From assembly GCA_965112735.1 (NCBI GenBank), contig OZ218960.1, forward strand, positions 124,001 to 188,000: DNA of 64,000 bases, read 5' to 3'. The position numbers and the translations under genes were made by a program. The notes beneath the pieces are model-generated. The model was given only the letters and a program-made list of their open reading frames with translations, made no database searches and was not told the DNA's origin. The stretch comes from Phaeosaccion multiseriatum (lineage: Eukaryota; Protista; Ochrophyta, other classes). Below are positions 38,232 to 50,781 of the stretch, piece by piece (within the stretch, counting starts at the first letter, position 1; each line of letters opens with the position of its first letter).

Positions 38232-40929
38232 TTGGCGATACAGCAGCAGGCGTCTTTGGTGTCTTGCTCTTCCCCCCTGGGGTCGGTACCCTCCCCCTCC
38301 GCCCTTCCCTCCGGTGACTCTCTCGTTCGTACACTCGACTCCTCCATTATGACTGTGAGTCTGGAGGCCAGGAGCAGCAGCGGAATCGTCAGTGATCCAC
38401 ATCAGCAGCAGTTGGTGGTACAGCAGCAGCAGGTCGGCAGCGTCGTCGACGAGATGCTTGTGACCTTACCCTTGCCAGACGTGTCCCCCCCGAATAGGGC
38501 CCCTGCCAGCCTTGCTGCGGGGGGGGAGGACACGCAAGAGCAGGGGCGGGGGGGCGAGGGGCGGGGGGAGGAGGATGGCAGTGGATGGGGTGGACCCGGG
38601 CAAGGGCAAGGGCAAGGGCAAGGGCAAGGGGAGGAGGATGGCAGTGGAAGAGGAAGTGGAGGGGGAGGGGCAGCAGCAGGTGTCCGCCCCAAGGCGGGAG
38701 GGGGGGCGGGGTTGGATGGCAGTGGACGGGGTCCCGAGGGGGGGGACGAAGGTCTGGATGCGCTCAGCGTCGACGCGCTTAGCTTGGGAGCCTCGCTCGT
38801 GCTCTCTCTGCAGGGGGAAGGCGACCCCGCCAACGCCAACGAGGTATGTCATTGCATACGTCATTGCGGGGAGGGTTCAGTTTCAGTTTCACGGGCTCTC
38901 GTCCACTGCCGTCCCCTGCCCCCCCCCTGGGACTTGAGGACTTCTGTGAGCGTGTGTGCACTTGCTCGGCCGGGCGTGAAGTGATCAAAGTGAAACTCAT
39001 TCACCGCGACGCCTCTCTCTCTGCCCGCCCTGCCTGCCCGCCCTGCCTGCCCCCACACCCTCACCACTACCACACATACACAACACACGTGTTTGCGGCG
39101 CTCTTATAGCAGCAGCAGCAGCAGAAGCAGCAGCAGAAGCAGAAGAAGCAGCAGCAGTTGGTGATACAGCAGCAAGTGGATGCCGACCTCCCACAGGTGC
39201 AGCAAGAGAGGAGCACTGACAGTCAACGCCAGCTCAGAAATCTGCGCCCTTCCTCCTCCCCCTCTGCCAGAGGCGTTGTGATGGGCCGAGTGGATGGCCA
39301 GAGCAGTCAGGCGGCTTTGGAGAAGAGAGCACAGCAGAGGAGGCAGGAGGTGCTGGAAGGGGGACATTTGGGGAGAGAGCAGTTGGTACTACAGCGGCAG
39401 CAGAAGCAGCAGCAGCAGAAGCACGAGGAGGAGGGAAGGGGGCGTGGGGAGAGCAGCAGAAGCAGCAGGAGGAGGGGAAGGGGTGTGTCGAGAAGCAGGA
39501 GCAGGAGTGCAAGCAGAAGCCCCTCTCCGACCCGCACCGTGCCCCCCGAGGTGTTAGCAGTACCGCAGCAGCCGCAGCAGTTGGTGATACAGCAGCAGGG
39601 GAAGGTTGTGGAGGAGGCGGAGGAGAAGGAGGAGCGGGAGGAGGGGGAGGAGGGGAAGCAAAACGAGCAACACTCTGTGCCTCCTCCTGTGTTCCAGCCG
39701 CTGGAGCTCGGAGCGAGGGGGAGGAGGGGCATGGTCAGGCAGAAGAGGGTCACCACCGAGGCAGATCAGCGCCGGGCCATTGCTGCGACACATCAACTCG
39801 GAAGTCCTCCTCCTCCTTCTTGTTCTTCCCCGGGGAGGAGGGCTGTCTCCGCCGGCCCCTCGCGCCGCCACCCGGAAGCCGCAGCAGTTGGTGATACAGC
39901 AGCAGGGGGAGCGGGGGTGTTGCTGTGCGTCGTGCCGGGCAGTTCGAGTCGGAGGGGGGGGAGGAAGGCAGCAGCGCAGGGCAGTAGCAGCGGCAGGACG
40001 GGCCCCGGGGGGGGTTGGCCCCAGGGGGGGGAGGAGGTGGACAAGATTCGGGTGGCCGATGCGGGTATCGGGGGGGCCTTCTTTCGCTCGCAAATGTCTT
40101 CCTCAGCGGCCTCTTCGCCCATCCCTCCCTCCTCTTCCCCTCCTTCCATGCAGCAAGTGGGTGTAGGGTTAGGGCCCTCCGTTGGGAGTGTGGCGAGCAC
40201 CGTGTGGCAACGTGACTGCCACAGTGCCGGCGCAGGGGTGAGGGAAGTAGAGGGCAGGGGGCAGAGCGGGGGGGGGCGGGAGGGGGGCAGGGCTCGACTG
40301 CATGATGCGAGCTTCACCACCGTTACCCCCACCGTCAACAACAACAACAACAACAATGACAACTCTGCCTTCACACGGCAACAAGATCAGGCAACGCCCC
40401 AACAGCAGCAACACCAACCACAACAACCACAACAACCACACCAACAGCAACAACAACAACAGCCACAACGACAACAATTAGCCGCTTCCTCCTTCGCCTC
40501 CTCCTGTGCGGCAGCCGCAGCAGCAGCAGCCACTGCAGATGGCGACGACGGTGACGAGGCTGCCGAGTACGCCTACCGCATGTACGCAAAGTGGCTGCCC
40601 CACCACCTCTGCCGCCCGGGGGGGGCCTCCGATGCCGCCCTGCAGCAAGCGGGGTTATGTGCCCTCTCCGGCGGAGGGCTGCAGCGGGGCCCACACTCAC
40701 AGCAGCAGCAGCAGCAGAGGCGAGGAGGGGAGGGGGCGGGAGTGGAGGGGCCTCCCTTCTGCGCCACCGGCAGCACTTTATCACTAACTGCTGCACCATC
40801 TGGTGGGGAAGCTCAGGGGGGCGGGGGGGGCTTCCTTGAGCCGCTGCCATATGTGCTTAGCAACAGCATGCTGGGATGGAAGATCACCACCCGCTCCAGA
40901 AAGAGCAAGCTCGAGGAAGGTGAGTGGGC

Positions 40930-40976
<47 letters not shown>

Positions 40977-43688
40977 TTCCTTCTCTCTGTCTCTCAGCCT
41001 GTCTCCCGCGTGCTCTTTCAGTCTCACTCTCTCACGCATGTCTCCCTGTCTCTCTCTCCCTCTGTTTCGCTTTCCTGCCGTCTCTACTTGTCTCTCTCCT
41101 CTTCTCTCTCTCTCTCTCTCTCTCGCACTCTCTCTGCATATGAGTACATGCTCGTCCCTACCTTACCCCTCCCCCTCCCTCCTTATCTCTCTGTTGCTTA
41201 CTGTGGACTACTTCCCCCCACCCTCCCCCATCCTGCCCTCATTCCTCTTCCCCTTCCCCTTCCCCTTCCCCCTTAGAGCTGGCCAATGTACAATTCTCTC
41301 TGCACCACCCGATGCCCATTTACGGTTACAAGTACCGGAAACCCCTGTCGCGACCGCACACGCACACACAAACGCACACGGACACACACCACGCCGAGCA
41401 CCACCAGCCGTCGCGTCAACAGAAGCAAGGGCAGCGAGAGGGGCAGCGAGAGGGGCAGCGAGAGGGGCAGCAGGAGGAGGGGGAGGAGGAGGAGGAGGAG
41501 GAGGAGGAGGAGGAGGAGGAGGAGGAGGAGGAGGAGGAGGAGGAGGAGGAGGAGGAGGAGGAGGAGGAGGAGGAGGCGGGGGGGGGGGGGCGGGGGGGGA
41601 CGAAAGAGGGGGAGCACGAAGTAGTGCAACAAAGCCGAGGCGGACAACAGCTCCAACATCCGGAGCACCAACGGGTGGAGCACCAACGGCCGCAGACGAG
41701 TCCGGAGACGCGGGGTGGGAGAAGGGGCCATGGAACTGGCACTGATATTGGCGTTGGCCCCAGCGGCAAGACGAAGGAGCGTGAGTGTCAACTGCAGCGT
41801 ATCATCCGACGGCGGCAAGAGGCAGAGCAGGACGCCCTCATCCGCATGAAGGGGGGGGCGCTGGGCCTGCTTTCCCCGGGGGGCGGTGCTCTTTCTTCTC
41901 CCTCTTGTTACGCTGCTGCTGCTGCTGCTGCTGCTTCCCCTGGGGGGCTCTGTGGGCCTCCTCTTTCTCCCGCCGGGCTGGGGACCCCCCTGGGATTGGG
42001 ACCGCCCCCCCTGGGACTGGGACCCCCCCCCCTGGGGCATCTGTCCGCGAGGGGCAGGGTGTCGGCCAGCGAAGGGCTACAGATGGGGCAGAGTATGAAG
42101 GGACAGCTCAGAGAAGCCACAGAGAGGGCAAGGAGAATACAGAGGGTGAGTGAGTGGGTGGGTGGGTGAGTGAGTGAGTGAGTGAGTGTGTGTGTGGGTG
42201 GGTGTGGGTGGGTGGGTGAGTGAGTGAGTGAGTGGGTGAGTGAGTGGGTGAGTGGGTGAGTGAGTGAGTGGGTGAGTGAGTGGGTGAGTGAGTGAGTGAG
42301 TGAGTGAGTGGGTGAGTGAGTGAGTGAGTGGGTGAGTGAGTGAGTGAGTGGGTGAGTGGGTGAGTGGGTGAGTGAGTGAGTGAGTGGGTGAGTGGGTGAG
42401 TGGGTGAGTGAGGGGGTGAGTGAGTGAGTGAGTGAGTGGGTGAGTGAGTGAGTGAGTGAGTGAGTGAGTGAGTGAGTGAGTGAGTGAGTGAGTGAGTGAG
42501 TGGGTGAGTGAATGAGTGAGTGGGTGAGTGAGTGAGTGAGTGAGTGGGTGAGTGAGTGAGTGAGTGAGTGAGTGAGTGGTGAGTGAGTGAGTGAGTGAGT
42601 GAGTGAGTGAGTGAGTGGGTGAGTGAGTGAGTGAGTGAGTGAGTGAGTGAGCGAGTGAGTGAGTGAGTGAGTGAGTGAGTGAGTGAGTGGGTGGTCGAGT
42701 GGTTGAGTGGCGCTCGCACAGCACGGCAACTCAAAGCAAAGCAGGGCAAGGCCTCGGCTTCTTGTGCGTGTATGTGTGCGTGTATGTGTGCGTGTGTGGG
42801 TGTGTGTGCGCGCATGTGCGTGTATGTGTTTGTGCTTGTGTGTGTGTGTGTGTGTGTGCGTAAGTGTCCATCTCTCACGCAACACATTCGTGCATGCTTA
42901 TGGTTTGTACGTACGTGTGCGCTTGCGCAAACCTCACAGGTCGGAGACCCCGGCCCCAGGGGGGGCAGAGCTCAGTCGGCGGGAAGGACCCGGGGGGAGC
43001 TCGCAGCCTACAGACGACAGGTAATGACATCACTTCCCGCCAAGTGTGTGTGTATGGAGGCGTGCATGCATGTGTGTGTGTATCCATGTGTGTGTTTGTG
43101 TTGGTGTGTGTGTGTGTCACGGGCTCACTCAAGCAACCTATTTCTCTACTGCTATCTATCCTTCTCCTTCTTTCAACCGCATGCACGCACACGCACACAC
43201 ACACTTGACATGAATCCCGACACCAGGTGCTGCAGAGGGTCAGGGGTCAGGCTGTGGACCGAAGAGTATCGAAGGGCTTGCCTCCCGACAAACCACGGCC
43301 GATGGAGGTGGTGCTTCACAAAGAGAGCGTCGCCATCAGGGGCAGGATGAGCAGGAGGGAGAGAAGGAGGAGGAGGAGGAGGAGCACGAGGGCGGTCGAG
43401 GCCTTGGGGGAAGCACCACAGCAATGGCAGGAGGGCGACGGTGAAGATGACGAAGGAGAGGAAGGAGGAGGGTGGGGGCTGAGGGGAGGAGTCGGGCGAA
43501 GGAGCTACTATTCGGCTGGCAGCTCCAACGACGGAGAGGGGGAGGGGGAGGGCGAGGAGGACGAGGAGGAGGCGGAGGAGGTGGAGGGGGAGGAGGGGGA
43601 TGAGGGGGAGGAGTGCACGCGCTTGTTCGATGAACCCTACTTGCAGTACCTCTTCGATAGGACGCAGGTGGCCGACACTGTGGAGTGA
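35433..43688 (+). CDS. Very large, mostly disordered orphan protein (about 7 exons)
   Basis: Frame-consistent exons at ~35433-37242, 37518-37750, 38124-38843, 39109-40919, 41277-42145, 42941-43020 and 43227-43688. Short ordered-looking islands (YAYRMYAKWLPHH, FLEPLPYVLSN, HPMPIYGYKY, LFDEPYLQYLFD). Confidence 0.6.
37280..37500 (+). repeat. (ACTC)n intronic microsatellite
   Basis: Direct inspection. Confidence 0.95.
42146..42692 (+). repeat. (GAGT/GGGT)n intronic microsatellite starting at a 5' splice donor
   Basis: About 550 bp array beginning AGG|gtgagtgagt. Confidence 0.95.
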
Positions 43689-44001
43689 GCACCAGTAGAT
43701 GGCAGCATGTGGGCCAGGACCACGGAAGGGAGGAAGATGAGGACCACGGAAGGTATAGTTGTCATCGACCCGTTCATTGACAGGGTGTGCTGTTCACTTC
43801 ACTTCAGAGGGGTGGGATCTACTCGACTCAAACTCAAACTAAAACTGGGACCCGACGACGGCCGTCTGCCTCTGCATCAAATAACTCCCGCTCAAGCAGT
43901 GTGTGTGCGTGTGTGAGCGTACCACGGGTGACACACGCCCGCTTCTTTGCTCTTGTTAAGTATTTACATAAGGCATTGAGTATTCACAGGCCAACAAATC
44001 C

Positions 44002-46325
44002 CTATCCGAGCAGCTTTTCTCCCTGCCACAGCGACGGAAACCAATACAGATCCTCGTTCCCTCCTCCCTCCTCGCCACCCTCTTCCCCGACGCTGGGCCT
44101 CAGTGCCTTCCCGCTACCGTCTCTGTCTCGAAAGCCCTGCTGGTCCACCCACACCATCCCCTCCTCTCCTAACGACCGCAGGGCCCTCTCCACCCGCTCG
44201 GTAGGCCAGTACAGCACGGATGCCACCGCTGACACCTTGACAAAGCCCTTGGCCTCAGCCTGCACCAGGAGGGCTCCGTGGTCGGCGTTGAGCTCGCGAG
44301 GGACCTGATGGAGGTATATGGGTATATGGGTATATGTGTGTAGTTACCGAGTTGCAGAGGAGGGAGGGAAGGAGTCAAAGGGCGGTGGGTTCGAAAAATG
44401 GAGTGAATGTCCCACTTGGAGGGGGGGGAGTCAAAGGGCGGCGGGTTCGAAGAATGGAGTGAATGTCCCACTTTCGCTAAGCCCCCCACTCCTCACATGA
44501 GCGGCACGGACATGCATCACAAACACACAGCAGACATGTAGGTAGGTAGGTAGGTAGGTATTTTGAAGGGAGGTAGGTAGAGACAGGTAGGTAGGTAGGT
44601 TGGTAGGTAGGTGGGTTGGTAGGTAGGTAGGTAGGCAGGTAGGTAGGTTGGTTGGTAGGTAGGTAGAGATAGGTAGGTAGGTAGGTTGGTAAGTAGGATT
44701 CTCACTTACCGAGACAACATAGGCGGCGCTTCCCGCCTCCAACAAAGCAAAGCCGCTGCCCAGCACCTTGAACGGTCAGTACCAAGGTCAGTGCCAAGGT
44801 CAGGGTCAAGGTCAGTGCCAAGGTCAGGTTTGGAGGTTAGGGTCAAGGTCAGTGCCGAGGTCAGGGCCACAGGGTCAGGGTCGGGGTCAGAGGCAGGGTC
44901 AAGGTCAGAGTCAATGGTTAGGGTCAGGGTGTAACAATACGTCGAAAATCAGCACCCACTGCACCCACCTTGAGCTTTGAGATGGCTCTCTTGGCGTCGT
45001 CCACGCTCACGGCCTGCTGATGCCGCTGCCGCTTCTCCCTCACGCGGGCTAAGAGCTGGGGGAGGGGAGGGGCGGAGGGGAGAGGGAGGAGGGGAGGGAG
45101 GGAGCGGCGGAGGGGATAAAGGGAGGAGAGGAGTGGGGAGAGGAGGAGGAGGGAGGAGAGGAGGGGGGAGGGGAGGGAGGAGGAGAGGAGGGGGCAGGGG
45201 AGGAGGAGGGAGGAGAGGAGGGGGCAGGGGAGGAGGAGGGAGGAGAGGAGGGGGCAGGGGAGGAGGGAGGAGGAGAGGAGGGGGGAGGGATGCGGGTTCG
45301 TATTGAGCCCTACCACTTCGTCCCAGGAAGACTCCACCCGCTGCTGCCGAAGTGCTTCCCTCTCCCCCCTCCCCTTCTTCCCTCTTCTCCTACAAGGTAG
45401 GCACCAACCTCCGGGAGAGACATGAGGCCTCCGTTGACGGCCCGTGTCCTTAGGCACACTTCTGTGATCTGCACTGCGAGCTCGTAGTAGAAGTCTCCTA
45501 CGCCGAGCAGCTTCGTGAGGGGGGGGGGGGCATGTGAAAATGACGTAGTAGTAGAGGGGTGGAGAGGCGAGGGAGGGGGGGGAGAAAGGGGGAAGGAAGA
45601 GTGGGGGGGATTGAGAGGGATGTGGAGAGGGAGAGGGAGGGGAATGGGAGAGGGTGAGACAGGGGGGCGACGTAGACGCAGAGGTAGGGATAGAGAGGGA
45701 GGGAGACAGGGGGGGGGGGGGGGCTTCCTTAGCTCTTTCCTCTGCTGCTGCCTCACTGACAAGCGCACGAGCACTTACTTACCTCTGCCCAAAAGCCTTT
45801 ACTCGAGGCTAAGGGGTCCACGCCGATCTTGCTGCACATGACCTATCATGCCAGAGCGGAGGGCACGCGACAGGGGGTAGCAGTTGTTAGGACAGAGAAG
45901 GCATCATGGAGGATAGCTGCCAGCTGCCAAGCCATGCTCCCCACCTGGAACTGCTGGCGGAAGGCGGGGTCGGAGTTGATGGCCTTCTTATGCTTCCGCG
46001 CAAAGTCCTCCAGGGACGTCCGAAACATGTCTAATGTGGCCTCCACCTGGAGAGGGAGGCAGGGCGTCAGTTTCTGGAGGGTGGGAGAGAGAGAGACAGA
46101 GATACGGAGAGAGGAGGCGAGTGGGCCAGACAAGGCCTCGAATCATGCCCGAGTCCGATCCCAAGCAGGTAAGTGGTGGAAGGGGTTTTTGCGCACGCGC
46201 CCTCTCGTGTCCTCACTCACGTGCTCCAGGTTCTCTGCGGCCATTGCGGACCCCACAGCCTTGTACTGCTTGGCCTCTTGCTGGCGCTTCTTCACCGCCG
46301 CCATTCCCACACCCCGCCGTCTCAT
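44002..46325 (-). CDS. SNF8: ESCRT-II subunit SNF8/Vps22, 7 exons
   Basis: Motifs [98 protein letters not shown] and EGMVWVD. Confidence 0.95.
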
Positions 46326-46581
46326 CTTGGCCGGTCTTGCGTTCTCTCTCTGTCTTTTTTTTCGATCGTGTGTGTGTCTCTCTCTCGTCTCTCTCTCGTC
46401 TCGCGTGTGCTCTCCTCTGTCTTCCTCCTCTTTCTCTTCCTCCGCTTTCACGGGATTTATAGAAAGGGACTGTCTACTGCCATCTACCTTTGACTTACTG
46501 GACCTTACGACGCCCTGCCCCGAGTCGACCCGAGGGCCCCGAGGAAGGGGAGGAGTCCATGAGTAAAAACACATCCATCAT

Positions 46582-47253
46582 CAGCCCCAGACACGCCTAG
46601 CGGCCAAGGCCGCTCGGCCTTCGGCCACTCTAGGCCGCTCACTTTTCAGTCCTAGGCAGGCTCCCCGTGACCGCGGGCGCGTGCGTGCCTGGCGCCGCCC
46701 AGCCAGTGGCTAAGTGGCAGCAGCATACCTGTAAGCATGCACTCCTCGCAGGGCAGGCGAGGCAGAAAGAGGCCACGCGGACCCGCGCACGCTACGTACA
46801 CACTCCGGGCTGGACGGCTTCACAGCGCTGCAGGGCGACGACGATGATGCGGACTTCTTTCATGATTGGTCTCTCGGCACTCAGCCAAGTCATCGGCCTG
46901 GCTGCTACGAGCAGGTTAGGCCATCAGGACACGTCAAGATTAATGTGGAGAGGGATTCGCTCGCGGGGGCGGGAGGGGAGCAGGCGAGCTTGTATCACTC
47001 GTAAGATGAGGAGTCCGAGGTGTGGAGAGAATAGATGGATCTCGATATATGTCGCGCTCAGAGCAGAGGTGGTGGGCCCCGGGATGGAGGGCGAAGCGAT
47101 CTAAGCTTCTTTACTTTCTTTTGACTTCAATACTTTACGAGACATTTGGGCGTGCTCCGAGCCAGCCCAGGGGCAAATCTACCCTCCGCATACGTCTGGG
47201 CCGGGACAATTTTTTAGATCGGCCAAGGCCGCTAGGCTTCTTGTCTGGGGCTG
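46582..47253. mobile_element. Putative non-autonomous TIR element (MITE, hAT-like CAG...CTG ends), about 670 bp
   Basis: Left end CAGCCCCAGACAC--GCCTAGCGGCCAAGGCCG versus reverse complement of right end CAGCCCCAGACAAGAAGCCTAGCGGCCTTGGCCG. The flanking 8-mers tccatcat and aacatcag match 5/8. No convincing internal gene. Confidence 0.55.
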
Positions 47254-47404
47254 AACATCAGTTGCGCCACCCAGACTCGACATGCAGAGGATGAATCCGG
47301 AAGGCCCGCACAGCAGCGCAGCGCTTGCTTGCACAAAAAACTGTAGACGTCATTAAATGGATTGCGCTCTATCATCGATAGCAAGCTTTGTAGAAGGTCA
47401 GATG

Positions 47405-47458
47405 TCAACCCCTGATACATTCTCGATAGCGGATACTGTAGGGTGTATCAGGGGTTGA
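47405..47458. other. Perfect 15-bp inverted repeat (hairpin) with a 24-nt loop
   Basis: TCAACCCCTGATACA (47405-47419) pairs with TGTATCAGGGGTTGA (47444-47458). Confidence 0.85.
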
Positions 47459-48209
47459 GTCAGAGGGCTGTTGTGTGTGTGCGTGCGTGCGTGCGTGGCG
47501 ACTTTCATTACTTATAAGCCGCCATTACATAGACAGCTTGCACAGTCTCTTTACTTCTTTATAATTCGTGCATTACTTTCACTCCTTCCTGCTGCCCTGA
47601 TTACTTTGCGGTCTCCGTGCGTGTGGCAGAGTTTCATGCGTACTTCTTTAAAGTCGTGAAATAGTCTTTCCCCCGCTGCGGCTTCTCTCTGTGAGAGTGG
47701 TTTTTGTTCCAAAATCAAAACCAAAGTGGGCTTTTGGTGCAGTGGCATCTGTTGTTGCAAAGTTGTTGGTGATTACGTGCACAATTCTTCGCAAAGTGTG
47801 TTCTTAATAATTTCCTCTCTCCATTGCTAAGCTGAGCTTGCCATTGCACCTGGGGCGAAACTGCAAGGTCTCTTCGCAGCAGGGCATCTTTGAGCCTGGC
47901 ACCGGCTGCCGCACAGTTGAAGAAACGCAAGCGCACCAGAAACAAAGTTACCAACAACCACGAATGCCCGAGACGCAAGGGAATACATACACACATCTCC
48001 TTAGCTGCTGCGGCCCATTGCTTCCACCACGGCCCTATTCTTCTGAGCGCTCAACCGGGGTTTAGGTTCCTCGGCGGCGGGAGGGGGGTCTACCAGCAGG
48101 AGCGGCCAGGAGCAGCGAAAGCAGGCACACTCTAGCCTCCTCGGGGCGCATTTCCTTTGGGCCGCCGCGTGTGAAGTAAGTCTTCCCATCGGTGGGCGGG
48201 AGGGACAGC

Positions 48210-49109
48210 ATGTTTTCGCAGGGGCTGTCTGCGTTCAAACAATACAAGCGGGGTGGAGAGGAGCAGGAGGGTGCGCAGCAGGCCAAGCGGCGCAGGCTGG
48301 GGGATTTCATGAGCAAGAGGACGGGAGGGGGGGGGGGGGCGAGGGGCCATATTGGGCGAGTGAGTCCCGTTGCCAAGCAGCTGCAGGAAGAGGCGGCTGC
48401 TGCTGCCTCCACCGCCGCTGCTGCCGCCTCTGCCGCCGCTGATGCTCATCATCGCGCATGTGCTGCCGAGTCCGTATCGTCCCTGGTGGACGACGCAGAT
48501 CTTCAACAACTACTGAGGGGCATGCTTCAAGACCAGAAGCTTTCTGGCTGTGTGGACTCGGAGCACTTCGCCCACACAAACACCCCAACAACTCTTCCCT
48601 GTGCACCCTCGGCCCCCTCGTGCCCGAGCGCTGGGCGGCGGCGAGGAGAGGGGGCGGCGAGTCCCTGGGCCGACACGGCGGGCGATGCTGCGAGGGCGCT
48701 GCGCTGGACCAGCGCCGAGGAGGAGCAGGAGGAGGAGGAGGAGGAGGAGCTCATTGGTAGCGGCCACATGGCGATGGACGGCGACGAGCGCGCATGGTGC
48801 TCCATCTCAGCGAGGGCGAGCCCGTTCTTGGTCGGGCGCGGGCCAGACGCAGTGGGCGTGGTGACTCCTACTGCCTCTTCCTCTGCATTTATCCGCGGAG
48901 TGGGCAATGGAGTGGGCACCGCGACCACCATCTCCCCCTCTCCAGAGTACGAGGATGAGAACGAAAAGGAGTGGGGCGGCGGCATGGACGTGGACGAGTC
49001 GTCCCTTGACGGCTTCGACGGCCCCCGCTCAGACCACAGCCGCAGCAGTAGCCGCAGCAGCAGCACTTTTGGCAACCCATCCGCGTTCTGTTCCATTGAC
49101 GAATGGTAA
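48210..49109 (+). CDS. Hypothetical protein (KRRR NLS-like motif, acidic stretches)
   Basis: 299-codon intronless ORF from ATG 48210 with composition like the neighbouring genes. No recognisable domain. Confidence 0.4.
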   Translation: MFSQGLSAFKQYKRGGEEQEGAQQAKRRRLGDFMSKRTGGGGGARGHIGRVSPVAKQLQEEAAAAASTAAAAASAAADAHHRACAAESVSSLVDDADLQQLLRGMLQDQKLSGCVDSEHFAHTNTPTTLPCAPSAPSCPSAGRRRGEGAASPWADTAGDAARALRWTSAEEEQEEEEEEELIGSGHMAMDGDERAWCSISARASPFLVGRGPDAVGVVTPTASSSAFIRGVGNGVGTATTISPSPEYEDENEKEWGGGMDVDESSLDGFDGPRSDHSRSSSRSSSTFGNPSAFCSIDEW

Positions 49110-50781
49110 CCCGGCGCTTCAGTAGCAGGAGGAGGAGGAGGAGGAGGAGGAGGCAACAACTGCGTCAACAACAACATCATCAACAACAACGACGACGACG
49201 ACCGCAAGAACAACATCAACGGAAGCAACACGCTACGGTCGCGACCCCGAGAGACGTCGGTGAGGGCAGGGGAGGGGTGACAAGGACGGGTCCGGTGGGA
49301 TCCGAGCAATGGCAATGTCTTTTTTGTTTTACATGCCCTACTATTCACAAACGGGGTTGATTTACTTGTTGGTACGCACCGAGTACTTATGGGAGGGGGG
49401 GGGGGGACTTTCTTTACTTTGGGGGGGGGGGGGGTACCGATATATATAAATATACGTATGTAGCAGGGAGCACTCCGTGCCCCTCTATATATGTAGCAGG
49501 GAGCACTCCCTGCCCCTCGAACTGACGCGGCGGTTGATACCTTCCCTCGATCCTCAAGGAGCGAGCGAAGGCGGAGATCGGTCGTTGTTGGTTTGGTTTT
49601 GTCGTTTTGGGTTTGGTTTTGGCGTGTTGCGCACCGTGCGGTCTCTGCTGAAAACGCGAGTCTGTCGGGTGAGAAACCGCACTTACATTTTTTTATTGAA
49701 AATACCCTTTTTCCGCGTCTGAGCGGATGAGGGAGGGAGGGGGGTGGATGCAGAAGAAGGGAAGAAAGAAGACCAGGCAACACAAGAGATGGTAGTTCAG
49801 TGTTTGTCGAGTTTTCGTGCTTTGCTACTACGAAGGTCTGGGTGGGGCTTGTGCTGTTCAAATGGCATAAGCTCGGCGCAGGGCGCTCTAAAGCACGGTT
49901 GGGTGTGGGGGAGGGGGGGAGGGGGTCGATCAAGCACGACCTGTACGATAATAAACTTGAGAAAGTATTATGGGCTGCTGCTACCGCATTGTTCGTTCTT
50001 TTTTGGTGGAGATATAATCGTTCTCTACAAGCCTCGAGAGGACCCGTCGTGCCTCCCTGTTCGTAAGCGGATGGTGCTGGGACAGTGAAAGGGTGGGACT
50101 GTCGAGGACTGGGTGTGGACGTCTGGAGGTGTGAGACAGCCAACAGCCAGACAGGCGAGGGAACGGAGCGTCTGGTGGTGGAGAGGAGGAGAAGGGGCTG
50201 GGATGGTCCTCAATGGCCTCCAGTGGAGTGGGGCGACTGCTCCTGACGTGTTTGCGGAGGCAACATGGCCTCCAGCAGCGGATGGGGCGAGGACAGGTTG
50301 AACAGGTCAGGGGAAAGGAAGGAAGAGGTACAAGAAAAGGGAAAAGGAAAAACGAAAACCCGCCCGCCGCGCGTGGGTGTGTGCGCGTTTCTTGACCCAG
50401 GGGGGAAAAGTCGTTGGCCTTTTTTTCGATTTGGCTCCACTCTTAAAAACCTTCCTCTCTCCTCAAGCAACAGCAGAGAGGGCCACAGCTCTGCTACAGC
50501 GGCTCTATCACAAAGCTTGTCAGTCTAGTGACGCCAGTGAGCGGGCCGACACCGTTGACTGTGCGGCTTTGGAGAGGAGGGAGAGGAGACAACATAGAGC
50601 AGGAGGAGCAACGGGGGGGGGGAGGGAGTGACGGGGTGGAGGAGGAGGAAGAGCAGGAGGAGGGAGGAAGGAGGCCTGCGTCAGAGGGGAACACCAACGT
50701 CTTCCTTGCTGGTCCTTTCGGCAGCCTTGGCTGCTTCGGCTTGCGGCTTCGGGCTCGCATCACTGGTCGGGCATCTCGAGC

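Noticed and set aside
41908-42887. THSL-repeat ORFs
   Set aside because: Translations of the intronic (GAGT)n microsatellite.
48527-50143. 538-aa minus-strand ORF
   Set aside because: Antisense to the 48210 ORF and crosses G-runs and AT tracts; no protein-like features.
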